DNA from: Myxococcota bacterium | Lineage (GTDB): Bacteria; Myxococcota_A; Bradymonadia; UBA7976; UBA1532 | Reading direction: 5' to 3' | Length of the DNA: 55,279 bases | NCBI GenBank assembly: GCA_036337435.1 | Contig: JAYZEG010000004.1 | Location: forward strand, 1 to 55,279 | Position numbers and translations under genes: made by a program | The notes under the pieces: model-generated | The model's input: only the letters and a program-made list of their open reading frames with translations | What the model was told of the DNA's origin: nothing | Databases searched by the model: none | Shown here: positions 29,145 through 38,314 of the stretch, in pieces | Position numbering within the stretch: the first letter of the stretch is position 1 | How the letters are laid out: each line of letters starts with the position of its first letter

Positions 29145-31994
29145 ATGAGAACCCAGAGACTGACCGCTAAGCTAACCCTACTCCTCCTCGTGGCCTGCCA
29201 GAAGCCAGGGCTCATCAAGACCGATGTGCCAGCACCCGCAGTCAATCAAGTCGCAGCTCAGCAGACCCAAGAGATGCCCTGGGACTCCAATGTTCGTCGT
29301 GGACGTTTGGAGAATGGTTTACGCTTCTACATTGAGGAAAATAAAGAACCGCTCAAACGCGCTGAATTGCGCCTTGTCGTGCTCGCTGGAAGCACGTCTG
29401 AAGATGAAGACCAACTTGGCCTCGCGCACGTTGTCGAGCACATGGCGTTCAACGGCTCCAAGAATTTTACAGGAAACGAACTCATCAGTACTCTCGAAAA
29501 GTTTGGAATGGGCTTTGGTGCTCACCTAAACGCCTATACGTCCTTTGATGAAACTGTCTATAAACTCCAAATACCGACCGAGCCTGCGCTTTTGGACAAA
29601 GCATTCGTCATTCTAAGAGACTGGGCCGGTGATTTGACTTTTGATGAGTCTGAAGTCGAAAAAGAGCGAGGTGTTGTTCTCGATGAATGGCGCCGCAGTT
29701 TAGGGGCCGGCCGGCGAATTCAAACAGAGTTACTGCCACTCCAGTTTAATCATAGTCGTTATGCAAAGCGTCTTCCCATCGGCACAGAGGCTTCCTTGAA
29801 GACCTTCTCGCGAGAGCACCTCCTGCGCTTTTATCGCGATTGGTACCGGCCTGATTTGATGGCCATCGTTGCGGTTGGCGATTTCAATGCGACTGAGATC
29901 GAAACGCGAATTCGGACGTTGTTCTCTGACCTTGAGGCGCCGTCATCTAGCCGCCCGAGGGCTGTTTTTGAGGTGCCCGCTTACACAGAGACTCAGTATC
30001 ATGTTGCGTCCGACCCCGAGTTGACATCGTCTGCAGTGACTCTATCGACCATCGTTGACTATCAGAAGCCGACGACTGTTCCAGGCTATCGTAGAATGAT
30101 GATGGAGCAGGTCACTCTATCGATGATGAATTCGCGTCTGAGAGAACTGCGGGAACAGGCTGCTCCAGTTGTTCATTATGCCGCTCTCTATCAGCGGCCC
30201 CTCGGGGCTAAACAGGCCACCCGTGGGCTGATGATCGCACCGTTTGAGGACAAATCGAGTCAGGCCGTCTCAGCCGCTCTCCGATTGATTATTCAGGCAC
30301 AAACCCATGGTTTCACGAACACTGAGCTGGAGCGCGCCAAACTAAGCATACTTCAGTATTTTGAGCGCGCGTTGAAGGAGGACCGGACCGAATCCTCTGC
30401 GGATGCTGCTGCTGAGCTTGTCCGTCATGTGACAACAGGCGAAACCATCCCTGGTTTGATCGAAGAAGCTCGCGTCATCAGACAGGTCATACCGAGTATC
30501 AGCCAAGGCGAAGTCAATGCATTCATAAAGACATTTTTCGGCGATAGGCACCTGCTGGTCACAGGTGTCTACCCAGAGAAAAGCGATTTGGTGTTACCCA
30601 CCAAGATGACTCTCAAATCGTGGACCGATGACGCATTGGCGCAGGTGGTCGATAAACCCTACTCGGACAAGGTGGTCAATCAACCATTGGTAGCTCGGCC
30701 ACCTCAGCCCGGCAAGGTCATTTCAGAGAAAAAAGACCCCGTTCTTGGGACCACCGAGTGGTTGTTATCCAATGGCTTGACAGTCATACTCAAGCCTACG
30801 AATTTTGACGACAATAACATCAGTTTTTCAGCCTGGCGTCGTGGGGGTCACTCCCTTGTTCGGGACGAAGAGTTCAGTTCAGCATCTATCGCCAGTAATT
30901 TGGCGTCTCAATCCGGAATCGGAGCCTATTCGCGCAATGAATTGACGAAGAAGCTTGTCGGTCAGCGCGTCGGTGTCAATTTCAGTATCGGTGAACTCTA
31001 TGTAACCCTCGGTGGCTCAGCCGCCATCGATGATACGGACACCCTCTTTCAATTGCTTTGGTTAAAGGCAACCCAGTCCAGGATTGATGAAAATGCCTTC
31101 TCGCGCTTCATCCGCACTCAGCAAGAACGAATACGAAATCGAGAATTGCAACCATCGACCAAATTTTACGACCGATACACGGAAGTTCTCTGGGGCGGCC
31201 ATCTTCGTCGGTCACCGCCCAGTCTCCAGCAGTTGTCCACCATCCAGCTAGCGAAAAGTCGTCGTTATCTAAAGGCCGTTCAATCTAACTGGCACGGCAC
31301 AACTTTTGTATTCGTTGGGAAATTTCAGCCGGACCAGCTTAAGGCCCAAATAGAACGCTGGATAGGTGGATTGCCCGTGGATAATACGGCTGTAGTCGAC
31401 TATCGCGACCTCGGGATCCGGGCTGCTCAGGGTGTGCACGAGGAGACGATTCGAAGTGGCAAAGACCCAAAGGCTTTGGCGATGATTCGTTTCAGTGGGG
31501 AATTTCAAAGCACCCCCCGCACGCGATACATCCTCCGCTCCCTCGCTCGCGTTCTGTCGATTCAATTAAGAGAAAAATTGCGGGAAGAATTAGGTGGAAC
31601 CTATTCAGCCAGTGCCAGTGCGAGTGTTTCAACGGATCCCGCCCATGTCTACTCGTTGACGATTCGATTTTCCTGTGACCCCAAACGAATCGACGAGTTA
31701 AAGGCGGCGGCGTATGGAGTTCTAGACCGAGTTATCGCCCGACCAGTGCCGTCCATCTACACGGACAAAGTGTCGGCTCAACAGGCTCGCGAAGATGAAG
31801 TAAATAAGCGGCAGAATTCCTATTGGGAAAATGTGATTCAATCAAATCGGAGTCGGAGGGAACCGGTGTCTGCGCTCGTTGAATATTGGGGGCTTAATAA
31901 AGAATTATCCCCGGATTGGGTTCATCAAGCTGCTCGTAAATACTTAAACCGTGAACGGCGGATTGACATGGTTCTCGTACCCGAAAACCAATAA
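29145..31994 (+). CDS. M16 family zinc metallopeptidase (PqqL-like), lipoprotein
   Basis: GLAHVVEHMAFNG (HxxEH), NAYTSFDETVY, LREKLREELGGTYS; lipobox LVAC. Confidence 0.93.
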   Translation: MRTQRLTAKLTLLLLVACQKPGLIKTDVPAPAVNQVAAQQTQEMPWDSNVRRGRLENGLRFYIEENKEPLKRAELRLVVLAGSTSEDEDQLGLAHVVEHMAFNGSKNFTGNELISTLEKFGMGFGAHLNAYTSFDETVYKLQIPTEPALLDKAFVILRDWAGDLTFDESEVEKERGVVLDEWRRSLGAGRRIQTELLPLQFNHSRYAKRLPIGTEASLKTFSREHLLRFYRDWYRPDLMAIVAVGDFNATEIETRIRTLFSDLEAPSSSRPRAVFEVPAYTETQYHVASDPELTSSAVTLSTIVDYQKPTTVPGYRRMMMEQVTLSMMNSRLRELREQAAPVVHYAALYQRPLGAKQATRGLMIAPFEDKSSQAVSAALRLIIQAQTHGFTNTELERAKLSILQYFERALKEDRTESSADAAAELVRHVTTGETIPGLIEEARVIRQVIPSISQGEVNAFIKTFFGDRHLLVTGVYPEKSDLVLPTKMTLKSWTDDALAQVVDKPYSDKVVNQPLVARPPQPGKVISEKKDPVLGTTEWLLSNGLTVILKPTNFDDNNISFSAWRRGGHSLVRDEEFSSASIASNLASQSGIGAYSRNELTKKLVGQRVGVNFSIGELYVTLGGSAAIDDTDTLFQLLWLKATQSRIDENAFSRFIRTQQERIRNRELQPSTKFYDRYTEVLWGGHLRRSPPSLQQLSTIQLAKSRRYLKAVQSNWHGTTFVFVGKFQPDQLKAQIERWIGGLPVDNTAVVDYRDLGIRAAQGVHEETIRSGKDPKALAMIRFSGEFQSTPRTRYILRSLARVLSIQLREKLREELGGTYSASASASVSTDPAHVYSLTIRFSCDPKRIDELKAAAYGVLDRVIARPVPSIYTDKVSAQQAREDEVNKRQNSYWENVIQSNRSRREPVSALVEYWGLNKELSPDWVHQAARKYLNRERRIDMVLVPENQ

Positions 31995-32058
31995 AAGTTC
32001 GGTCGAGACAACCATGAGTAGTCAGGATTACGGCTTTGCCCTGTCCGCGCTCAGGCCG

Positions 32059-32625
32059 CTATTTCTTTTTCGCCTTCAGGAGTTTGCAGGCTCTACTGAT
32101 ACCGTCGTTGCAGGCCTTCTTCGCGAGTATCATCCCTTTTTTTGCATTTTTGGGGATACCGTCACCCTTGATGAGAAGCTCGGCGAGGGCCGCACACCCC
32201 ATCTGGTTTCGTCCCTTACAGGCTCGTTTGAAAAGCTTCGCAGCCATTTTCGGGTCTTTTTTTGCCCCATAGCCGTCCTGATGCATTGAACCAAGCAGTG
32301 TGCAGGAATTCAGCTCGCTCAGGTCACAAGCGGCCCGAAAGTTGCGAGCTGCTTTTGCGGAGTTTTTGGCTAGCCCTTTGCCGCTGTGGTACATCAACGC
32401 TAGATTCAGGCATGAGCGTGCATGTTTTGCGTTACAGCCGGCTTTAAGCCACTTGGCACCGGCCTTGGCCGATTTCGCCTTAATCGATAGACTATAGCAT
32501 GCAGCCCCCTTGCCAGCCTTGCATTGGCTGGCTGCGTCAGGAGCGGCCATAAGCGTGTGGGGAAGAACCATCAGAGCCATAGAAACTAGGAAAGGTAATC
32601 GTCTTTTTTGATTTTTTATCCTCAT
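32059..32625 (-). CDS. Secreted Sel1-like repeat (Hcp-type, Cys-rich) protein
   Basis: Repeats SCLNLALMYHSGKG, SCTLLGSMHQDGYG, GCAALAELLIKGDG; signal peptide. Confidence 0.88.
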   Translation of the reverse strand: MRIKNQKRRLPFLVSMALMVLPHTLMAAPDAASQCKAGKGAACYSLSIKAKSAKAGAKWLKAGCNAKHARSCLNLALMYHSGKGLAKNSAKAARNFRAACDLSELNSCTLLGSMHQDGYGAKKDPKMAAKLFKRACKGRNQMGCAALAELLIKGDGIPKNAKKGMILAKKACNDGISRACKLLKAKKK

Positions 32626-32765
32626 CAAAGGCCCCTTTATTCAACCTGTCTTGCGTGAGCATCACAGCATTATCGCTGCCTATACGTCCGCATTGGAGTA
32701 TCATTCACAAAAAAATAAAACAATTAACAGTCGTGCTGTCATTCTTGGCGCTGAAACGAGATTAA

Positions 32766-33536
32766 TCAGGTTTGTCTCTGCCAAGTCCAATATCGGTTTA
32801 GATCACCTTCATCGCCAATTCGCATCGCCGGGCCAAGATCGAGATCTAATCCGCATCCAACATCTTTGAGTAGACGTTTTTCTTCCTCTCTTGAAACCCA
32901 GTGGCAATAACGTGGTGTGTCCTGGGTGCCAGCCCATCCCAACAAATAGTCTCCCGCTTCCAGGGAGTTTGTTTCCGCGTCTGTGAGGTGCCGCTGCGTA
33001 GCCCATGGGATGATTTTTTTTTGCCATTTTTCGTGAGCACCGAAATCCCACAAACTGATGCAGAGTAATCCGCCAGGTCGAAGATGTTGAGCGGCCCAAT
33101 TGAGGAGCCTCAGACGTCGCTGGTAGCCGTAGATATGGTGCATGACACCGAACATAACAACCCAGTCGTAAGACCTATCCACTCTGAGGGGGGCCTCAAT
33201 TTGTTCAGATATCACGTCCGACCATGACCACTCGGACCAGCGGGTAGGGAAGCTCAGTGTACGTCGCTGGGCCACCTCAAGCAGGGAGCTACATCGTTCG
33301 AGACCGTCAAACTGCTCAATGCCCAACTGTCGTTCTTTGCACCAATGAGTTTCCATGAATGCGCTGAGTCGACCGTTACCGCACCCAAGGTCGAGAATCC
33401 GAAGCGGACGTTCTGGCAGAGAGTCGAGTGCCGCGTGCCAGCCGGTCCAGCCGTGTGCTCGGGTTTTGCTGAAATGGTCGGCGAAACGATCATAGAAACG
33501 CCGGTTAATGTCATCTAAGACCTGCGCTAAAGCCAT
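32766..33536 (-). CDS. Class I SAM-dependent methyltransferase, Trm9/ALKBH8-like
   Basis: FYDRFADHFSKTRAHGW, ILDLGCGNGR, GVMHHI...RR...LRPGG...LW, RYCHW. Start ATG 33536 with GGAGGAG 12 nt upstream (alternative 33560). Confidence 0.8.
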   Translation of the reverse strand: MALAQVLDDINRRFYDRFADHFSKTRAHGWTGWHAALDSLPERPLRILDLGCGNGRLSAFMETHWCKERQLGIEQFDGLERCSSLLEVAQRRTLSFPTRWSEWSWSDVISEQIEAPLRVDRSYDWVVMFGVMHHIYGYQRRLRLLNWAAQHLRPGGLLCISLWDFGAHEKWQKKIIPWATQRHLTDAETNSLEAGDYLLGWAGTQDTPRYCHWVSREEEKRLLKDVGCGLDLDLGPAMRIGDEGDLNRYWTWQRQT

Positions 33537-33583
33537 CTTTGGTGTATGCTCCTCCACCATCTGCACACAATGAGAGATGCGCG

Positions 33584-35389
33584 ATGAACCAGAATTACTG
33601 GAGCCGATTCGAATACGACCCGATTCAAGACGAGTCTTGCCTCGTTCCGTTGATCCGCTCCATCCTGGATACGCCACCCCAAGACTATACAGCCTGGCGC
33701 CGGTTGTTGCGCCAATATCCCAAGCCAAGCGGTGGATTTTTCTCCAAGACTGAAATCATTGCAGGTTTTCGCGAATTAAGCGACCGGCAGGTTTGGGGTG
33801 TTTCAGAAAAAGAGTTTATTCATCTTGTGAAGATGAAACCAATGCGCACACAGAGTGGTGTGGCACCGGTGACAGTACTGACAAAACCGTACCCATGTCC
33901 TGGTCAATGTATTTTCTGCCCAAACGATGTTCGGATGCCCAAAAGTTACTTGTCAGATGAGCCGGGAGCACAACGCGCTATGCTCAATCGCTTTGACCCT
34001 TATGCTCAGACATGGAACCGGTTGCTTGCGTTTCATCGCATGGGCCATGGGGTTGAAAAAGTCGAACTGATCATTCTTGGTGGGACATGGAGCTCCTACC
34101 CTAAAGATTATCAGATTTACTTCATCGCCCGTTGTTTTGAGGCTTGCAATGATTTTGACACCGCGACTCGGCCACAAGCCTATTACCCCGATGAACAGCT
34201 GCATGAGGATTTCTTAGACTTGCCCGTCTTGGTAGAAGAGAGCCCCGCCGAGGGTGAAGCCGTTAATGCCTATAACAAAGCGGTCAGTCGTCATTTGCGT
34301 CTGAAGTTAGATGGCCGTCTCGTTGCGGAGCATGAGGCTATCCACTGGCAACGTCTCGATGAAGCTCACCGCGTCAACGAAGATGCGAAATGCCGCATCG
34401 TTGGTTTAGTGATAGAAACGCGACCAGATGAAATTACACGGGATGAAGTCCTCCACATTCGACGTCTTGGCGCAACAAAGGTTCAATTGGGCGTCCAATC
34501 CATGTCGGACGAGATACTCCAGTTGAATCGACGGGGTCACGACGTGGCGAAGAGTCGCGACGCGGTCAATCAACTGCGCCTTGCTGGATTCAAAATTCAC
34601 GCACATTGGATGGCGAACTTGTTTGGGGCAACGGTGGAATCCGATATTGCTGATTTTCAGAAATTATTTGAGGATCCAGCGATACGACCAGATGAACTCA
34701 AGCTCTATCCATGTTCGCTAATCCCACGAACCGAATTAATGAGCCACTTTGCTGCGGGAAATTACGTTCCATACACCCGGGACGAGTTGCTGGACGTCTT
34801 GTGCGCGACGATGCCATCAGCACCGATTTATTGCCGTTTGTCACGGGTGATTAGAGACATTCCAGCAAGTGATATTCACGACGGTAATCAGGAGTCTAAC
34901 TTTCGAGAAGTCGCTGAACGCGCAATTAAGGAGCGTGGACTTAAGCTCAAAGAGATTCGAGCCCGCGAGGTAAAGCTAAAGGTCGTCGATGATGACGCCG
35001 TCGAGTTTCGTACATTTGAATATGAAACGGCAGTCACAAAAGAATTCTTTCTATCCTATGAAGCCGGTGATGCGCTCTTGGGCTTTTGTCGCCTCTCCCT
35101 ACCGACGGCGGCAGCCATAACCGATGAACTCATCGGTGCTGCGATGATCAGAGAAGTCCACGTATATGGGCAGAGTCTGAAAATTGGGCAAGAGAGCAAA
35201 CGCGCTGCACAACATCGTGGCCTCGGTCGACGTCTTGTTGAACACGCAGCTAGACTCGCTGCTCAGAACGGCTATGGGAGTTTGGCTGTGATTTCTGCAA
35301 TCGGCACTCGATACTATTACCGTCGTCTTGGATTTGTCGATGGAGAGCTCTATTTGCATAGGTCGCTGAAGCAACCAGATGACTCATAA
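33584..35389 (+). CDS. elp3: Elp3 tRNA uridine(34) acetyltransferase (radical SAM + GNAT/KAT)
   Basis: RTQSGVAPV, CPGQCIFCP Fe-S motif, GGTW, ETRPD, GVQS, KLYP, IREVHVYG, QHRGLG, VISAIGTRYYYRRLG. Confidence 0.93.
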   Translation: MNQNYWSRFEYDPIQDESCLVPLIRSILDTPPQDYTAWRRLLRQYPKPSGGFFSKTEIIAGFRELSDRQVWGVSEKEFIHLVKMKPMRTQSGVAPVTVLTKPYPCPGQCIFCPNDVRMPKSYLSDEPGAQRAMLNRFDPYAQTWNRLLAFHRMGHGVEKVELIILGGTWSSYPKDYQIYFIARCFEACNDFDTATRPQAYYPDEQLHEDFLDLPVLVEESPAEGEAVNAYNKAVSRHLRLKLDGRLVAEHEAIHWQRLDEAHRVNEDAKCRIVGLVIETRPDEITRDEVLHIRRLGATKVQLGVQSMSDEILQLNRRGHDVAKSRDAVNQLRLAGFKIHAHWMANLFGATVESDIADFQKLFEDPAIRPDELKLYPCSLIPRTELMSHFAAGNYVPYTRDELLDVLCATMPSAPIYCRLSRVIRDIPASDIHDGNQESNFREVAERAIKERGLKLKEIRAREVKLKVVDDDAVEFRTFEYETAVTKEFFLSYEAGDALLGFCRLSLPTAAAITDELIGAAMIREVHVYGQSLKIGQESKRAAQHRGLGRRLVEHAARLAAQNGYGSLAVISAIGTRYYYRRLGFVDGELYLHRSLKQPDDS

Positions 35390-35931
35390 AATTCGGATGC
35401 CTTGAGCTCATAGAGATAGATCGGCGTACGATACAGATCCGCAAGGGTCTCAGTTGTCTTGGGCTGAAAGCCTGGCAACCGAAATGTATGCGTGATGACC
35501 TTGATCTCCCCCGTCAGTTGCGTCTTTAAGTGGTGTGCGAGTTTGGTCATCGCCTCAGGATACAGGTAACAAATAATCAGGTCGGCATCGGTCAAGTTGG
35601 CAGCCATAAAATCTTTACGGATTAATGTCAGATTTTCCGCGCCATAGAGGCGGTTTCTGACTTTCGAGACGAGCCAAGGCAGCGTAGACAATTCGTAACC
35701 CGTCACGGTGCTCGTCGAATTTTTCTTAGCGAGTGCCATCGCTAAACCGCCCCAGCCAGAACCCAGTTCATAGATTGACTCTGGTGAGAGCTCGGTGGAC
35801 AGCGAACAAACTTTTCTAATGACTCTCGCTGAGCTTGGCATGGGAGAAATGCCGGTTTTCAGAGTGAACCACACGATAGAAAATGCGGCGAATAACACCA
35901 GGCCAATCGGTATCAGTTCCCAAAAAATCAT
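35350..35931 (-). CDS. Membrane-anchored SAM methyltransferase, FAM173/aKMT-like
   Basis: N-terminal TM, SPMPS, ELGSGWG, GYEL, DADLIICYL, VITHTFRLPG. Confidence 0.8.
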   Translation of the reverse strand: MIFWELIPIGLVLFAAFSIVWFTLKTGISPMPSSARVIRKVCSLSTELSPESIYELGSGWGGLAMALAKKNSTSTVTGYELSTLPWLVSKVRNRLYGAENLTLIRKDFMAANLTDADLIICYLYPEAMTKLAHHLKTQLTGEIKVITHTFRLPGFQPKTTETLADLYRTPIYLYELKASEFYESSGCFSDLCK

Positions 35932-36164
35932 TGTCTATGGCTCGAGTTGCTTATCACGGTCTATGGTACCCTGTAATTTTTACGATTCACGCATCGGCCT
36001 TGACCAGCTTTGACAGCGATTGTGGTTGTTGTGCGTTCTCCACCAACCGCTTGTTCATATCATCTCGGAAGCCAAACGAAAGGTTTTGTTTTCGACAATC
36101 GCTGTCTTCATTGATCAAATTTTAATGTTGGTCAGTCGTATTTGATGTAAGGAGGAAACCAAGA

Positions 36165-37478
36165 GTGAATCTGACTCGTCGGAGAGTAATGAATACCGAA
36201 ATAAAAAGACCGACTTCGACATTGGTGGCTGTGGCTTGCGGTTGGCTGTTTAGTGCCGTCGACATTATTCTTTTAATTCTTTTTCAAACCGAAATCGCCG
36301 CGGCATTAAATGTTGATCCGCAGAGCGTTAAAATTGCGATCGGAGTTGGGTTACTCGGCAGTGCTGCCGGTGGTCTAGGCTTTGCCCCCCTAGGTGACAA
36401 ATACGGTCGTGTTCGAGCCCTTGGATGGGCCATCGTCTTGTACTCAGTTGCGACGGCTGGCATGGCGTTTTCAAATGGGCTCACGTCGCTCATGATATTG
36501 CGCTTCCTGGCAGGTGTTGGCACGGGTGGTGAGTGGTCGATTGGCTTCGCATTGCTTACAGAAGTATGGTCACCGAAGACCCGTGGTGCCATGGGTGGAC
36601 TGGTTGCGGCTATGTTCAACATCGGAACGTTCCTCGCCATTGGGCTCTACCACAGTCCACTTGGTTGGCGTTGGGCCTTTGGCGTGATGTTTCTACCAGC
36701 TCTTGGAGTCGTCATTCTACGCCGGTTCGTGCCCGAGTCTCCTGTCTGGCTTGAGTTTGATAGAGCCAGGCGAGAGAGTCGGTTGACGCCAGACATGATC
36801 TCAGCGGTAGAACGGGCACCTCTCGTTCAAGTGTTTCGAGGTGCAGTGAGTGGGCTGACAAGTAAAGTTATAGTGCTCTTCGCCATTATGAATTTTGGTT
36901 TCTACTCCTTCTCCACAATCTTTATCGAATATCTTCAGGCAGGCGTCGCATCTGGTGGTCTGGGGCTGACAAAGGGCGCGCAACTTCCGTTTCATCTTGC
37001 CCTCAATCTGTCGGGCCTTGTGAGTGTCTTTCTTGCAGGCTTTTTATCTGACCGTTTTGGTCGTCGGCGGACTTTCTCTAGTTTTTGTTTATTCGGTGCT
37101 GTGGGCTTTATTGCGCTATTTGTTGTGATGGGGTCGGTGAGTCAGACGGGGGGGCATTCAGTTCTTGTGGCCGTCTTTTCTATGTGTTGCATCGGTTTTG
37201 GGATCAACGGTGTTATGGGGATTCTGGTGCCCGAACTGTACCCAACCCATTTAAGGAGTACGGGACCCGGTGTTTGTCAGAATTTAGGGAAGGGAATCGG
37301 TGGTATGGCCGGGCCGCCCATCGCGGGTGCGCTCGTTGCAACTCTTGGATACAAGATGGTCTTGGTTTTTCCTGGGATCCTATTTCTCTTATTGGCACGC
37401 ATGATCTGGACACTCCCAGAGGTGGGAGGCAGAGCGGTCAAGGCGATTGAAGACGGTGAGTACCTGGCCGACAACTAG
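36165..37478 (+). CDS. MFS transporter (organic acid/SHS-AAHS-like)
   Basis: About 12 TM; GDKYGR, RFLAGVGTGGEW, VPESP, SDRFGRR, ELYPTHLRSTG; AAGGAGG RBS before the GTG. Confidence 0.92.
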   Translation: MNLTRRRVMNTEIKRPTSTLVAVACGWLFSAVDIILLILFQTEIAAALNVDPQSVKIAIGVGLLGSAAGGLGFAPLGDKYGRVRALGWAIVLYSVATAGMAFSNGLTSLMILRFLAGVGTGGEWSIGFALLTEVWSPKTRGAMGGLVAAMFNIGTFLAIGLYHSPLGWRWAFGVMFLPALGVVILRRFVPESPVWLEFDRARRESRLTPDMISAVERAPLVQVFRGAVSGLTSKVIVLFAIMNFGFYSFSTIFIEYLQAGVASGGLGLTKGAQLPFHLALNLSGLVSVFLAGFLSDRFGRRRTFSSFCLFGAVGFIALFVVMGSVSQTGGHSVLVAVFSMCCIGFGINGVMGILVPELYPTHLRSTGPGVCQNLGKGIGGMAGPPIAGALVATLGYKMVLVFPGILFLLLARMIWTLPEVGGRAVKAIEDGEYLADN

Positions 37479-38308
37479 CGTTCGGCTGCTATAATTTTCT
37501 TCTCAATGCTGTCCCAAAAACGAATGCGTTCGTCCAACGCTGTTCTGGCGGCTTTCGCCACTTGCTTCCAGCGACGGACGTCGTTGTCGCACAAGTGAAA
37601 CAACATGTTTTTGGCCGCAGGACCATGTTCGTCTCCGTCCAGTTCAATATGGCGGTCGACGTAATAGATCAGTCCGCTCAGGTCGAGACTGTCGTCGGCG
37701 GCACTGAGGTTCTTGAGGATTTCTGGAAACATGTCGGGAATTAAATTTTCTCGACCAAAGACGAAAAAACTGGCCACTTCGTGATTCTTGCCGACGAGAC
37801 AAACCTCCATTGTTGCCTTAACAAAACGCTGTGCGGCCGAGGGAACCTTCGCATGACGAAGAGCCCGCCGATAATGTTGTTTGTTTCTGACAAATTCGAT
37901 GAAAGCACGGACAGCCTCTGTGTCGGCACCCGCCTTTTCCATCGCGTCGAGATAGAGTTCGTAATGGCTAATGAATCCCCCATCGGGTGCTTCGTCACTT
38001 TCTTCCTCGACGACGATTTCGTTAATGAACCGAGCGGCATCCCGATTTACCGGCGGGAACCATGGGGTATTGATGACCGTCAGACGGACTTGTAGGCTTT
38101 TCAGCAGGCACATGAAGTCCACAACGGAGTAGCAGTGGTGCTCCATGAAAATACGCACCGCTGTTGGTGTATTCAACCTGCCATAGATTGAATGTTTGAC
38201 GAGTTTTTCTCTGAGCGGATTTAACGACTCATCGATTTCCGCCCACGCTTGTTCGTTATAGTCAGTTGTGTCCGAGTGCTCGATGATAACTTTTGATGGA
38301 TGGCTCAT
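37475..38308 (-). CDS. DUF3050 heme-oxygenase-like diiron protein
   Basis: FMEHHxxxVxDFMxLLKSLQ, RFINEIVxEEESD, SHYELY, GRENLIP, RHIELDGDEHGP. Confidence 0.88.
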   Translation of the reverse strand: MSHPSKVIIEHSDTTDYNEQAWAEIDESLNPLREKLVKHSIYGRLNTPTAVRIFMEHHCYSVVDFMCLLKSLQVRLTVINTPWFPPVNRDAARFINEIVVEEESDEAPDGGFISHYELYLDAMEKAGADTEAVRAFIEFVRNKQHYRRALRHAKVPSAAQRFVKATMEVCLVGKNHEVASFFVFGRENLIPDMFPEILKNLSAADDSLDLSGLIYYVDRHIELDGDEHGPAAKNMLFHLCDNDVRRWKQVAKAARTALDERIRFWDSIEKKIIAAER

Positions 38309-38314
38309 ACTAAA

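Noticed and set aside
33537..33728. N-terminal extension of the methyltransferase ORF overlapping elp3
   Set aside because: Non-homologous-looking sequence; a strong RBS supports the start at 33536.
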